From an uncultured Acidobacteriota bacterium (GTDB taxonomy: Bacteria > Acidobacteriota > UBA6911): a stretch of 64,000 bases of DNA. The stretch spans positions 96,001 to 160,000 of the forward strand of contig CAWHCF010000041.1 in the NCBI GenBank assembly GCA_963827655.1. Direction: 5' to 3'. The position numbers and the translations under genes are program-made. The notes beneath the pieces were generated by a model. That model was not told the DNA's origin, did not search any database, and saw only the letters and a program-made list of their open reading frames with translations. This document shows, one piece after another, positions 30,101 through 40,250 of this stretch (its first letter is position 1; every line of letters begins with the position of its first letter).

Positions 30101-32065
30101 TCAGGCCAATGGTTCGGTCACCGCCGCCACCGTGCGTTCGATTAGTGGCCAGCCGAAAATCGGCAACTTCTCGACCTGGGCCGCTCTTGGCCAGACGACG
30201 AGGTCCTCCCACTTCTCGACGATGAGCCTCTGGCCTCCCGCCAAAGACGGAGTCTTAAAATCGACGTGATAAACCGCAGTAGACAAACGATCAGGATCGA
30301 GACCGGAAACTAAAAGGGTCCCATCCTCACACGAGGACAAATCGCGCACGCGGGCAATGTTATTGGCGGGGGGACCCAGCCAATTAGGCATCGACCGCTT
30401 TTTATTGATGCAACTCATAACCGAGGCATGCGTGGCACACGCAAACCCGTCCTTTCCGTACATCCATAGGAAGTACGGGTCGACTGCGATTCCACTGTAA
30501 GAAGACATTGGAATTGGCACGTCGGCTTGCATGTTGCTTTGAAAAACGAAGATATCCTTTGAACCTTCAAGTGTTCCATATATGATCGAACCATTCTTCA
30601 AGAGGCCTTCCGGCATTTCGTCCTTATCAGGATCATCGGGTAAGATCGATAAAGGCATTGCAATACGAACCTGCACCATCTTGGGCCCTGTAACAGGCCT
30701 CCAATTGATCCTGTCGAATTTCTTGGGGGCATCCTTATTCCATGTGTACGCCTCCAGTGCGCCGCCTTGCTGCCAATCACGTGTGCCGTAAACCGTGAAC
30801 GTGTTGCCGGCACCCGGGACCGGCCACCAGTCCGAGAACAGGAGGCCAACGGTTGCGTCCTCGGGGCCCACATAATACGCGTCAAACGTCAAAGCAAGTT
30901 TCTTAGTGTCAAGCCTGCTATAGTATGAGTATTTGCCCGAGCCCGAGTCCAGAACCCAGATGTCGTATTGAGCCGAAGGGCTGTTTACGCCTTCCTTGGG
31001 TCGGGTTATCGACATCTTCCGGCAATGACCGAAAAGCGTTTTTTCAAATCGGTTTTCCTGGAAAGCCTTTGGTCCGGTGGCAACGTGTACGTAGCCGCCG
31101 CTGTAAGCGATGACGAACACCCCCCGCTTTCGGGCCACCGGCACGACTTTCTTCAGGAACCCTGCCGTTTGCGTGTTATTAACTTGTAGATTTTCAAACT
31201 TGACCTTTACTCTTCGCTGCAACTTTGCCCACTTCTGCGACTTCGCTGGATCCGGCGTTGGATCCCCGACGTATTTCTTGATGCGTTTTGTGTCATGCGC
31301 ATAAAGGTTCTGCTTCGTCACTGCGAGCATCAAGTGCATATACACTTCGCAGTGAAGATTTAGTATCTCAGGCCAACCGTCCAGATCTTGATTTCCCGCT
31401 TCCAGGAGCCAGTTGCGCACTTTCCTGATAGTCGTTACGATGTTACCCTCAACGAGGTTGACCTTGTTAAGTTCTTCTGCCAGCAGGTCCGGATCCTGGA
31501 CCCCTCCCCCTTTGGGGGGCTTCATAAACCTGTCGCAGACCTCTGCATAAACCTTGACTGCATCTCCAGCCGCGCCAACTTCGCTTTTCTTCTCTTCGGC
31601 GCCGAGATCTCTCATGAGTTTTTCGATCTGTTCAAGCAGATCCGGGGGTTTCGGGGCAAAGAAATTGAGGAGCATCGAGATCATGGAGAACAAAGCCCCC
31701 AGCACCGCGCCCGGTGGGCCGCCCGCAGTCGACAGGCCGCTCAAGGCAGACACCAGACTCGAGCAGATATCCATGACCGCTGCACTGCCGGCGATTGCAT
31801 CGGGTGGCTGCTGTCGGAAGGCTGTGACGGCGGCTAACGTGCCCTTCGTTATGCCAGGCAGGCCATTGGCCAGCGCTGTCTGGTAGAGCGCAAAGGCGCT
31901 CTTTTGCTCGGGTGTCCCGGACTTAGCGGCCTCCCGGCCTTCTTCGTATTCTCTCCTGAGGTTCCCGATCTCCTCCTTGAGTTGTTGGGTTTCGGCACCC
32001 ACGTCCCCTATCCCTGTGATTAATGTGTTCAGATACCGTTCGATAATTTTGTCGTTGTCTGGCAT
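30101..32065 (-). CDS. Hypothetical 654-aa protein; candidate alpha-pore-forming toxin
   Basis: RBS AAGGAG. Helical N-half with a hydrophobic hairpin at about aa 90-137; beta-rich C-half. Confidence 0.6.
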   Translation of the reverse strand: MPDNDKIIERYLNTLITGIGDVGAETQQLKEEIGNLRREYEEGREAAKSGTPEQKSAFALYQTALANGLPGITKGTLAAVTAFRQQPPDAIAGSAAVMDICSSLVSALSGLSTAGGPPGAVLGALFSMISMLLNFFAPKPPDLLEQIEKLMRDLGAEEKKSEVGAAGDAVKVYAEVCDRFMKPPKGGGVQDPDLLAEELNKVNLVEGNIVTTIRKVRNWLLEAGNQDLDGWPEILNLHCEVYMHLMLAVTKQNLYAHDTKRIKKYVGDPTPDPAKSQKWAKLQRRVKVKFENLQVNNTQTAGFLKKVVPVARKRGVFVIAYSGGYVHVATGPKAFQENRFEKTLFGHCRKMSITRPKEGVNSPSAQYDIWVLDSGSGKYSYYSRLDTKKLALTFDAYYVGPEDATVGLLFSDWWPVPGAGNTFTVYGTRDWQQGGALEAYTWNKDAPKKFDRINWRPVTGPKMVQVRIAMPLSILPDDPDKDEMPEGLLKNGSIIYGTLEGSKDIFVFQSNMQADVPIPMSSYSGIAVDPYFLWMYGKDGFACATHASVMSCINKKRSMPNWLGPPANNIARVRDLSSCEDGTLLVSGLDPDRLSTAVYHVDFKTPSLAGGQRLIVEKWEDLVVWPRAAQVEKLPIFGWPLIERTVAAVTEPLA

Positions 32066-32492
32066 GTTACAGCTCCTTCAACAAGGATTTCCATTCGGGT
32101 TGTCCGGAACGAGCCGATGTTGTACCAACGGGCGCGGTTGCGGCGAGTTTCCTCGATCCGGGTCAAGCCATCTGCGATCGCCACCAGGGGGACTCCACCG
32201 CGATCCTCGTCATCAACAAGGATGGCCAGCCGATTGGTCGCGCGCTTTGCAGGAACTTCTATCACGGATGGATCGGCAGAACGAGCGAATTGTTCCCATT
32301 TGGTCGAGCCGATCGGCGGCACCGGGGAGCTAAGTCGGGACTTCGATGCCCTGGAAGGGAACCTTGGGTTCCATTCTTGTGTCGGGTCTTGTGTCGGGCA
32401 GGGCTGTTGTAGAAAAGGGGGCGAGCCAAAGAGCCGAGGACCGAGTACCAACCAGGGGAGCTGGCCTGGAAGCGAGCCTCCTCCGCGCTTGA

Positions 32493-35195
32493 CTATCTGC
32501 CCCGCTGGGACGACAGCTCGATGCCCGCGCCAACGCCCGCGCCAAAGAGCAGTCCCTCTATCGCGCCCAATGCGATCTGCGTTGTCCCGCCAAAATGGAC
32601 TTCACCGAAAAAGTACGCCACCGGATCCATCGTTATCCTGGAGTCGGCGAATGAGTGAGCCATGACTTCCAGGCTCCCGCTGAAGAGATTTCCACCAATA
32701 ATAGCCAGGACGACGCCCGCAGCCATGGCCCCGACGGCTGCCCCGCAGATTCGCCACAACGATTGAGCACGAGAGATCAAGACAAAACCGAGGGCTGTAC
32801 CGAACCCTATGACGGCGCCTTCAAAGGCGCCGGTCACGCCCGACGGATTCTGTCCGAACAGAGCCTTCAAGGTATCGATGCCCAGGATCTTGGTGCTGCC
32901 GCCGATGACAGCCCCTCCAGCGGCTCCTCCCGCAACCATCCACAAGCGGCTCAAAGGATAGGTCAGGCGCACGGCGCACATTCCCAGGCTGACTCCAAGG
33001 CCGCCCAGCGCGCCCACAAACGTCCCCAGGCTTGCCAGTACGAGGATCAGAGATGCCGCCTCGTTTACAGGTTCGCGCCGAGCCGCTGTGAGCGCCAGAC
33101 TCAGAAGAAAACTGCCGACCAGGCCGGAGATGGCTCCGCCCAGCATTCCGCCGGTTCCCTGCCGCACGATGTCGCGCCCTCCACTCCGCAGCCGAAGCCA
33201 GGCTCGTCCTAAGGAGACAAGAAGGGCGTCCGTCAGAGAGAGTTGATCCGCCGATGCAAGGCGCGGGTCGTGATCCCGGATGATCGCCAGAGAAACGGCG
33301 CGCCGCCAGAGACTGGGCGCCTCGCCTTGCGCAGCCCGCGAGAGAAAGCCGATCGCGTCGGCCCCGAAACGGCCGGCGAGCGCGATGCTGGCCGCTTTTC
33401 TCACCCCGAAATCCGCGTCCCACAGGGCCAGTCTCACAACCAGCTCCTTTCCTTCGGCCGCGCCGGAGAATCGCCAGGTCTCAACCGCGCCCAGGCGGAC
33501 TGATGGCGCTTCGTGTTGCATCGCGCTTCCGATGGATCGCGGCGCGGACGGTGAGAGCTGGAACAGCCAGGAAGGAACGCGCCGCCCGCGGGCCAGACTA
33601 CTTTCGGTCAGAAGGTCGCATTCCTCCCCGGCCAATCCCAACTGCTCGCCATAAGGGAGAAGCAGGTCGAGCGCGTCGGCATCCAACAGCAATCGATGGG
33701 CCCGATAGTTCTCCAGCGCGCGCTCCACAACGGCGCGCGCCCGCTTCAAAGAGCGATCCTCCGCCGTCAGCCACTGCGACACTTCGGCCAGCAGGAAATC
33801 ATGCGCCAGCTCGAGCCATCCTTCGCCGTCCTGGTTCCGCCTGCGCATCACCCGGGCCGCCACCAGATCTTCGACAACCCGAGCCGTGTCGGCGGCCCGG
33901 ACGCCCGTGAGAAGCGCGGATTCACGAACCACGCGCCGCTCGCCCCGATCGGAAATGAGTGCCTTGAGTATCTCTCGCGCAAGCTGAAGGTCGGTGGAGT
34001 TGAAATGACTCAAGACCCTGCTCAAATAGCCGGTCAGGATCCTCGAGGCGCCGCCAAGCTGCTGGTAGGTTTCGAGGGTAATGTTGCCTGATGGGCCCCT
34101 GAAGTCATAAAGCGTGTCGCAGACTATTTGTAACTGCGGCGGGTCGACGCCCTCCGGTTCGTTCAAGTCCGCCAGAAGTCTGGTCAGCAACACCCCTTCA
34201 AGCTCGCAACCTCCGAGCCTTGCGGGTTCGACAATGGCGCGCGCAGCTTGCTCGAGTCCGAAGCGCTGCAGGCGATATTCATGATGGAAAACGTCGGGGA
34301 TCGCCGCCTTGAGCCGGCTCATCTCGGCCAGCAAATCCTCGCGCAACACGAAGACTGCGCGCAGCGGAATCAATTCACGGGAGAAGAGAGCCCTCAAGGT
34401 TCCGACGAAGCGCTGTTGAGACTCCCCGGCGAGAGCGGAAAAAAATTCCTCGAACTGATCGAAGACAAAAATAATCAATTGCGAACCATGAGCAGACCGC
34501 TCGATAAGATGTCGCAGCGTCGATTCCGGTTCGAGAACCCCCTCCGGTACATCCCCGAGCGCCTCCGTCATCTGGCGCAGCGGATCTGTGAAGCAACGGA
34601 TGGCAAAAACCAGATGGCCCTCCGCTTTCAGCCTGGGCATCAGTCCTGCGCGCACAATCGAGGTCTTGCCGACTCCGGAGCGGCCATGGAGAATGAACGA
34701 TCGATGCGAAACAACGCGGGAGCGAATGACTTCAACTTCCGCCTCGCGCCCGAAAAACATGCCGGCATCCTGTTCCGTATAGTAATCAAGAAACTTGTAA
34801 GGCCGGACTCTTGCTGCGCGCGGTGCGGGAGGAGAAGGTGCAGACGCGGCCGGGAGATCCTCGGCTTGAACCCCTTCTGCGATGAAGATATACCCGTGCT
34901 TCGGAACGGTCTTGATATACCGCGGGTTCGCCGCATCGTCGCCCAGCAGCTTTCGTATGTCTTTGATGCACTGCGTCAAGGCAGCATCGGTCACAAAAAT
35001 CCCGTTCCAGACTTCATCGAAAATGCGCTGCTTCTCGACCAGCCGCCCGCGCTGCCTGACCAGCAATAACAGGACATCAAAGTATTTCGAATTGAGAGGA
35101 AGCTGCTCGCCCTTGTGCCAGATCCGCCGGTTGGTGGCATCGAGAGTGACGTCACCGAAACGATAAGCTTCCACCGGGGACTTCGGTGCATTCAT
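32493..35195 (-). CDS. wHTH + nSTAND1-type NTPase + HEAT + multi-TM protein
   Basis: 'YIKTVPKHGYIF'; 'PYKFLDYY-EQDA--FFGRE'; GRSGVGKTS; 'FDQFEE'; 'PPQLQ'; 'ELAHDFL'; Gly-rich TM C-terminus. Confidence 0.85.
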   Translation of the reverse strand: MNAPKSPVEAYRFGDVTLDATNRRIWHKGEQLPLNSKYFDVLLLLVRQRGRLVEKQRIFDEVWNGIFVTDAALTQCIKDIRKLLGDDAANPRYIKTVPKHGYIFIAEGVQAEDLPAASAPSPPAPRAARVRPYKFLDYYTEQDAGMFFGREAEVEVIRSRVVSHRSFILHGRSGVGKTSIVRAGLMPRLKAEGHLVFAIRCFTDPLRQMTEALGDVPEGVLEPESTLRHLIERSAHGSQLIIFVFDQFEEFFSALAGESQQRFVGTLRALFSRELIPLRAVFVLREDLLAEMSRLKAAIPDVFHHEYRLQRFGLEQAARAIVEPARLGGCELEGVLLTRLLADLNEPEGVDPPQLQIVCDTLYDFRGPSGNITLETYQQLGGASRILTGYLSRVLSHFNSTDLQLAREILKALISDRGERRVVRESALLTGVRAADTARVVEDLVAARVMRRRNQDGEGWLELAHDFLLAEVSQWLTAEDRSLKRARAVVERALENYRAHRLLLDADALDLLLPYGEQLGLAGEECDLLTESSLARGRRVPSWLFQLSPSAPRSIGSAMQHEAPSVRLGAVETWRFSGAAEGKELVVRLALWDADFGVRKAASIALAGRFGADAIGFLSRAAQGEAPSLWRRAVSLAIIRDHDPRLASADQLSLTDALLVSLGRAWLRLRSGGRDIVRQGTGGMLGGAISGLVGSFLLSLALTAARREPVNEAASLILVLASLGTFVGALGGLGVSLGMCAVRLTYPLSRLWMVAGGAAGGAVIGGSTKILGIDTLKALFGQNPSGVTGAFEGAVIGFGTALGFVLISRAQSLWRICGAAVGAMAAGVVLAIIGGNLFSGSLEVMAHSFADSRITMDPVAYFFGEVHFGGTTQIALGAIEGLLFGAGVGAGIELSSQRGR

Positions 35196-35236
35196 ATGGT
35201 TTCTTTATCATAATGCCGGCAAGACACAAGTGCCCT

Positions 35237-35271
35237 GCTCATTTCTCACAATTTTCTCACCTTTCCCTCAC
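35237..35271. promoter_or_regulatory. 11-bp-phased CTCAC direct repeats in a divergent promoter
   Basis: TCA cores at 35246, 35257 and 35268. Confidence 0.55.
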
Positions 35272-35337
35272 GCAATCCCGGCCCGGGAAAAACTAAGCTG
35301 GGCGGGTCACGATCAAGTGATGGAAAGGACAGAAACA

Positions 35338-36033
35338 ATGAGAAAAGAACACAGAATCCTACTGATCTCAGTGCTGTTGGCTTTCGCGGCCTGCGGCAGC
35401 CTCAACCCGGACACACCCCTTACGAGTGCAGCAAGTCAAAACCAGATCGCAGAAGTGCAAGCGTTGCTTGCCCAAGGCGATGATCCAAACGGGAAGGACA
35501 GTCATGGCTGGAGCCCGCTGATGTGGGCGGCGCGCAAAGGGAACATTTTCGTTGTACGAGCTCTTCTCAAAGCAGGGGCGAATCCTGACTTGCGAGACAG
35601 TTATCGCAACGGCTGGACACCTTTAATGCACGCCATCCATAAACATCAGAACAAAACGGCCCTGGCCCTTCTGGACGGCGGAGGCGACCCGAATGTCAAG
35701 GCCCCCGATGGAGGGACGGCATTGATCATGGCGGCGGGAGACGGAAACTTCGAAATGGTCCGCGCCCTGCTGGCCAGAGGCGCCGATCCAGCCGCCGAGA
35801 CCTCAGCAGGGGTAACGGCGCTGGCGATTGGAGTAGCCGGTGGTGCGTTTTCAGACATTGACCGGCCACTTCTGGGCAACTGCCATACCGAGATAGTGAG
35901 AGCGTTGTTGGAAAAGGATCCCGGTTTGAAACTCAAAAACAACCTGGCCGGACGCTATGCCCGGTTTTTTGCGAGATTGAAAGGGTGTTCGGAAGTCAGC
36001 GCACTAGTAGGCAGCAGGGGCCGCGATCACTGA
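35338..36033 (+). CDS. Ankyrin-repeat lipoprotein
   Basis: Lipobox FAAC; 'GWSPLMWAA', 'GWTPLMHA', 'GGTALIMAA'. Confidence 0.88.
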   Translation: MRKEHRILLISVLLAFAACGSLNPDTPLTSAASQNQIAEVQALLAQGDDPNGKDSHGWSPLMWAARKGNIFVVRALLKAGANPDLRDSYRNGWTPLMHAIHKHQNKTALALLDGGGDPNVKAPDGGTALIMAAGDGNFEMVRALLARGADPAAETSAGVTALAIGVAGGAFSDIDRPLLGNCHTEIVRALLEKDPGLKLKNNLAGRYARFFARLKGCSEVSALVGSRGRDH

Positions 36034-36047
36034 TTGCCATCTGCTTA

Positions 36048-36275
36048 GGGCTCGCGCAAAAATAACTTCACATTCTGGCGCGAGAGCGGTGGTCAATCAT
36101 GAACCGTTTCCTCACGACGCACCCTGAGGATCGCGCCCCTTCGGGCTGCGGCCCGCAGGCCCGCTGGCTTTGTTGCTCGCTCCTCACGTACCGCGTCGGG
36201 TACGCATCGTCGCTCGCGCCTCGCCAGCGGACCTGGGGGCCGCAGCAGAACGCGAACTTATTTCTGCGCGAACCC
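36048..36275 (+). mobile_element. MITE family A, copy 3
   Basis: TIRs; TTA on both flanks; lies between convergent genes. Confidence 0.88.
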
Positions 36276-36292
36276 TTAGCTTTGGCTACGGC

Positions 36293-37753
36293 TTACTGCT
36301 TGCCCACTGCTTTCTCCACTTCCTCGATTGTCTTGGGAACCCTGGCCGACAGGTTCTTGAGACCAGACTCGGTCAGCAGGAACGAGTCCTCGATCCGGAC
36401 CCCGATATTCTTGTATTTCTCGAACGCGGGACGGACCTTTTCGATGAAAGCGGCGTTGGCAGGTGTCTTGGGAAGGTTCTCCAGGGCCCCTTCACGGACA
36501 TAGATTCCGGGCTCGATCACAAAGGCCATTCCGGGTTGCAATGGCCAGTCATTGTCACCGACGTCGTGGACGTCCATCCCGATGTAATGGCAGGCCCCAT
36601 GTGTGTACCAGGTTCGGTACTGGTCGCTGGAGGCGTCGGTAATGAGGCCCAGCCTGAGAAGTCCCTCCTTTATCACCTCGACGGTTTTCTGGTGAATCTC
36701 CGTGAGCTTCTTCCCGGCGCGCGCCAGCTTTATTCCTTCCTCCTGCGCGGACAGGACGACACGATAGATCTCCTTCTGGGTTGGAGTGAACGCCCCGCCG
36801 ACCGGGTACGTTCGAGTAATATCTCCAGTCAGGTACTCATAGCTGGCCGCAGCATCCACCAGCAAAAGATCATTCCCCTCCATTTTTCGAGTTGATTTGT
36901 TGTAATGCAGAATCGTGGCGTTGGGACCGCTGGCGACAATGGAGGGATAGCCCCATCCGAGCGCGCCTTTCGATTTGTACACGTGTTCGATGGCCGCTTC
37001 GACTTCATATTCATAACCACCCGGGCGAGCGGCCTTCATTCCGGCTATATGCGCGTCGCATGAAATCGCTACGCTTCGCTCGAGGATTTTCTGCTCATAG
37101 GGTGTCTTGATTCCTCTCAGGTCGCGAAACAACCCGGTTGCATCCTGGACGGAGAAACCGACAAATCTTTCCTTAAGCTGGTTGGCGAATTCCAGGTTCG
37201 GGCTCAACCGTCTGGAAAGCTGAGGCCTTGGGTCCAGAACCAGCGCCAGGCGCGCCTTTCCGCTCCCGAGAGCATTGAAGAAAGTCTTGAATTCACTGGA
37301 AGCAGCGTAGCGGTCGACGCCGTAGGAGCGTTGGGCGAAGATCTCGCTGACAAACGACTCGAACTCGCCCGCAAGATAGACATGGCCAATACCGCTCTGC
37401 GCGGTTGCTTCTTCCTTGCTCAACAAGCGTCCCTGCCAGTGCTCGCGCACCGGATCTCTCGGCTTGATGAAGAGTATCTCTTTGCGTGTCGCATTGCCGG
37501 GCATCAGGACAAGAATTGTCTCTTCCTGATCGATCCCCGTCAGATAGTAAAAATTGCTGTCCTGACGGTATTCGTAATCGACGTCTCGCGAGTAAATCTG
37601 AACCGGAGCGCTCCACACAATAAGCATGGCCTCCGGCCCGAGGCGATCCATGATACGTTGACGGCGAGCGCGAAGATCATCCTGAAACTCCCCGCCGAGT
37701 CCAGGAAGCGACATCAGGACAAAGAAAGCGATAAAAACAAAACCCTTGCGCAA
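36293..37753 (-). CDS. pepP: Xaa-Pro aminopeptidase (M24B), exported
   Basis: 'YRQDSNFYYLTG', 'DITRT', 'HYIGMDVHD', 'EPGIY', 'GVRIED'. Confidence 0.88.
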   Translation of the reverse strand: MRKGFVFIAFFVLMSLPGLGGEFQDDLRARRQRIMDRLGPEAMLIVWSAPVQIYSRDVDYEYRQDSNFYYLTGIDQEETILVLMPGNATRKEILFIKPRDPVREHWQGRLLSKEEATAQSGIGHVYLAGEFESFVSEIFAQRSYGVDRYAASSEFKTFFNALGSGKARLALVLDPRPQLSRRLSPNLEFANQLKERFVGFSVQDATGLFRDLRGIKTPYEQKILERSVAISCDAHIAGMKAARPGGYEYEVEAAIEHVYKSKGALGWGYPSIVASGPNATILHYNKSTRKMEGNDLLLVDAAASYEYLTGDITRTYPVGGAFTPTQKEIYRVVLSAQEEGIKLARAGKKLTEIHQKTVEVIKEGLLRLGLITDASSDQYRTWYTHGACHYIGMDVHDVGDNDWPLQPGMAFVIEPGIYVREGALENLPKTPANAAFIEKVRPAFEKYKNIGVRIEDSFLLTESGLKNLSARVPKTIEEVEKAVGKQ

Positions 37754-37764
37754 GACTTCCTCCT

Positions 37765-37844
37765 TCGATTACGATTCGATTGACGATTGACGATTGGATG
37801 ATGAATCACTTCAATCGTCAATCGTAAATCGTAAATCGTCAATC
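37765..37844. repeat. Inverted pair of TCAATCG heptamer arrays
   Basis: GATTGAC units followed by (T[C/A]AATCG)x5. Confidence 0.85.
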
Positions 37845-37845
37845 A

Positions 37846-39763
37846 CTATTGTCTGTGCTTCAGTTCCCCTTTCAGGTTCATATTGCGGATCAACCGATGG
37901 AGATAATTCGGATTCACTCCCAAGAGTTTCGCAGCCTCAGTGTAGTTCCCGTGAGCCTGTTCTACAGCCTTGACGATGATCTCTTTCTTCTTCTGTTTGA
38001 CCGCGTCGTGATATCGCGTGATAAAACCGGATGTCGATGCTTCAGATTCAAGGACATTCTCAGGCAAGTCTTCCGGAAGGATGATGTCTGTGGAACCAAG
38101 TACAACGGCGCGTTCAATCGCATTCTCCAGCTCGCGCACGTTACCGGGCCAGCTGTAGCGGACCAGGCAGTGACGGGCTTCCGGAGAAATCCCGGTGATA
38201 CGGCGTCCGCACTTCTGGCTATACTTGGCGATGAAGTAGCTCACCAGCAAAGAGATGTCCTCGGTACGCTCTCTTAGCGGCGGCATCGTAAGCAAAACTA
38301 CATTGAGCCGGTAGTAGAGATCTTGACCGAAACAATCCTGACCGGATCGCCTCTTCCAGGTTCTTGTTGGTTGCGGCGATCAGCCGCACGTTGATCTTGA
38401 TTGGCCGCGTTCCGCCAACCCGCTCGAACTCGTGCTCCTGCAGGACGCGTAGCAGCTTCGCCTGGAGCGCGAGCGCGAGTTCGCCCATTTCATCCAGAAA
38501 GACAGATCCACCATCGGCTACTTCCAGCTTCCCTTTCTTTTGCGCGATTGCACCGGTAAAGGCTCCTTTCTCGTGACCGAACAGCTCGCTTTCCAGCAAG
38601 CTCTCGGAAAGAGCGGCACAGTTTATGGCGACAAAAGGCTTTGCCGAGCGTGGACTGTTCGCATGAAGCGCGCGAGCGACCAGCTCCTTGCCGGTACCAC
38701 TCTCGCCGCGAATCAGCACAGTCGAGTCCGTGGGGGCAGCCTTCGAGATAAATCTGTACACCTCGCGCATTCGAGGGCTCTCGCCGATCATATTGTGCTC
38801 GATACTAAGGTCTTGTTGCAGACGCTGATTTTCGCCCTCCAACCATTCCATCCGGCGAGCGGTATCGAGGGCGAAAGCCGCGATGCGTGCGATGGCCGCC
38901 ATCAACTGAAGATGATCTTCATCGAGCTGTGTCTCGGGATCGCTCGAATCAACATAAATCACACCGATGACCTTTTCGAATAGCGGCAGAGGAACACAGA
39001 CGAGCCACCGGATCTGAGAGGCAATCAGGCTGTCAGCTCCGCTGAAGGCTTCATTGTCGAGCACGTCGTTACTGAGAATGGCCACTTTCTCCCGCAAAAC
39101 CCGGTGCACGATTGTTCGACTCACCTGAACCGCGCGGTTCACACCCCGGTTGCGTTCCCAACCCTGCACGGAGCTAAATTCCAAACCTTCTTCTCCGAGG
39201 AGAATGGCTCCGCGATGCGCCGGAATCACTTCGAGAATTGATTCAAGCAACTTCAGCTGGAGTGCTTCCAGGCCACGGATCGAGTTGATCCAGGTGCTGA
39301 TTTTGAGCAGTGCGTCGAAATGGCGAGCCAATCGGGCCGTCCCAGGAGCCTCCGCCAGGAATCTCTCGGGATGAAGGTAGAGGGCATCTTCCCATCGGAG
39401 CTGAACCTCGGAGCGCGTGACCAGATCCGTATCCCGAACCTCGACCAGCCCGTGAGGCGGAACCAAATCGGTTTCCTGGAGGAGGAAAAGGAAAATCGAA
39501 TCGGCAATCTTGACCTGATCCCCATGTTCTAGCAGCCGCTCTTTTACGGGGACACCATTGATGAACGTGCCGTTTCGACTGTTGAGATCCGTGACTCGGA
39601 AGCGCTCTCCCTGTCTGTCAAACAGGCAATGACGGCGCGACACCGACAGCTCGCTCACACAAATCAGATTCGCGGACTCCCGGCCCAAGGAGATAGACGT
39701 TTCATTCAACGGGAATACTTGACCCTTCAAAGGTCCAGTGATGGATACCAATCGCGGGGTCAT
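37846..39763 (-). CDS. FHA-GAF sigma-54 enhancer-binding protein with Fis-type HTH; +1 frameshift near 38326
   Basis: FHA 'GR...SRRH...SRNGT'; GESGTGKE; GAFTGA. Removing one base restores [11 protein letters not shown]; '[10 protein letters not shown]' follows. Confidence 0.9.
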
Positions 39764-39777
39764 CAGCGTTTGCGTTT

Positions 39778-39860
39778 CTCAGTCGCTCGGCGAAACGTTA
39801 AAACATGTTGTCGTTCAGAAGGGGCCTTTCGTTCGGGGCGAAGTCCCGAACGAACCTCAG
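39778..39860 (-). mobile_element. Family B hairpin element, copy B
   Basis: Reverse complement of copy A; CTCAG at both ends. Confidence 0.75.
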
Positions 39861-40122
39861 TGTCTTCGAGTCTTGGTGGTTAGAAAATACCGGCCAGTGA
39901 CACGGTAATTCACGCGCGAAACCTTAGTATACAACTAGAAGGGTCAGGATCAGCCCCGACCTTTCAGGATCCTTTTGGATACACCACTATCCGAACAGAT
40001 AGAACCAGTTTCTCGGGCGGAAGTTCTCTTCTGCCGACCAGGTTTTCGGCTACTCCAGACAACGTTAGCCGATTCAATTACTTCCAACACGACGAGCTCA
40101 CTCGTCAAATCTATTCTCCCGC

Positions 40123-40137
40123 TGGCACAGGAATTGC
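40123..40137 (+). promoter_or_regulatory. Sigma-54 (-24/-12) promoter
   Basis: TGGCAC-AGGAA-TTGC, an exact GG-N10-GC; divergent from the enhancer-binding protein gene. Confidence 0.8.
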
Positions 40138-40250
40138 CATAACAATGACAGCTCGCGCATTTCAAGAGTCGAAAGCGAGCGCGGAAAAAGGGTGGAAATA
40201 AACGAGCGGCCGGCTTTCCGAGTCGCCAAACACTTGCGAAAGGAGCTTCT

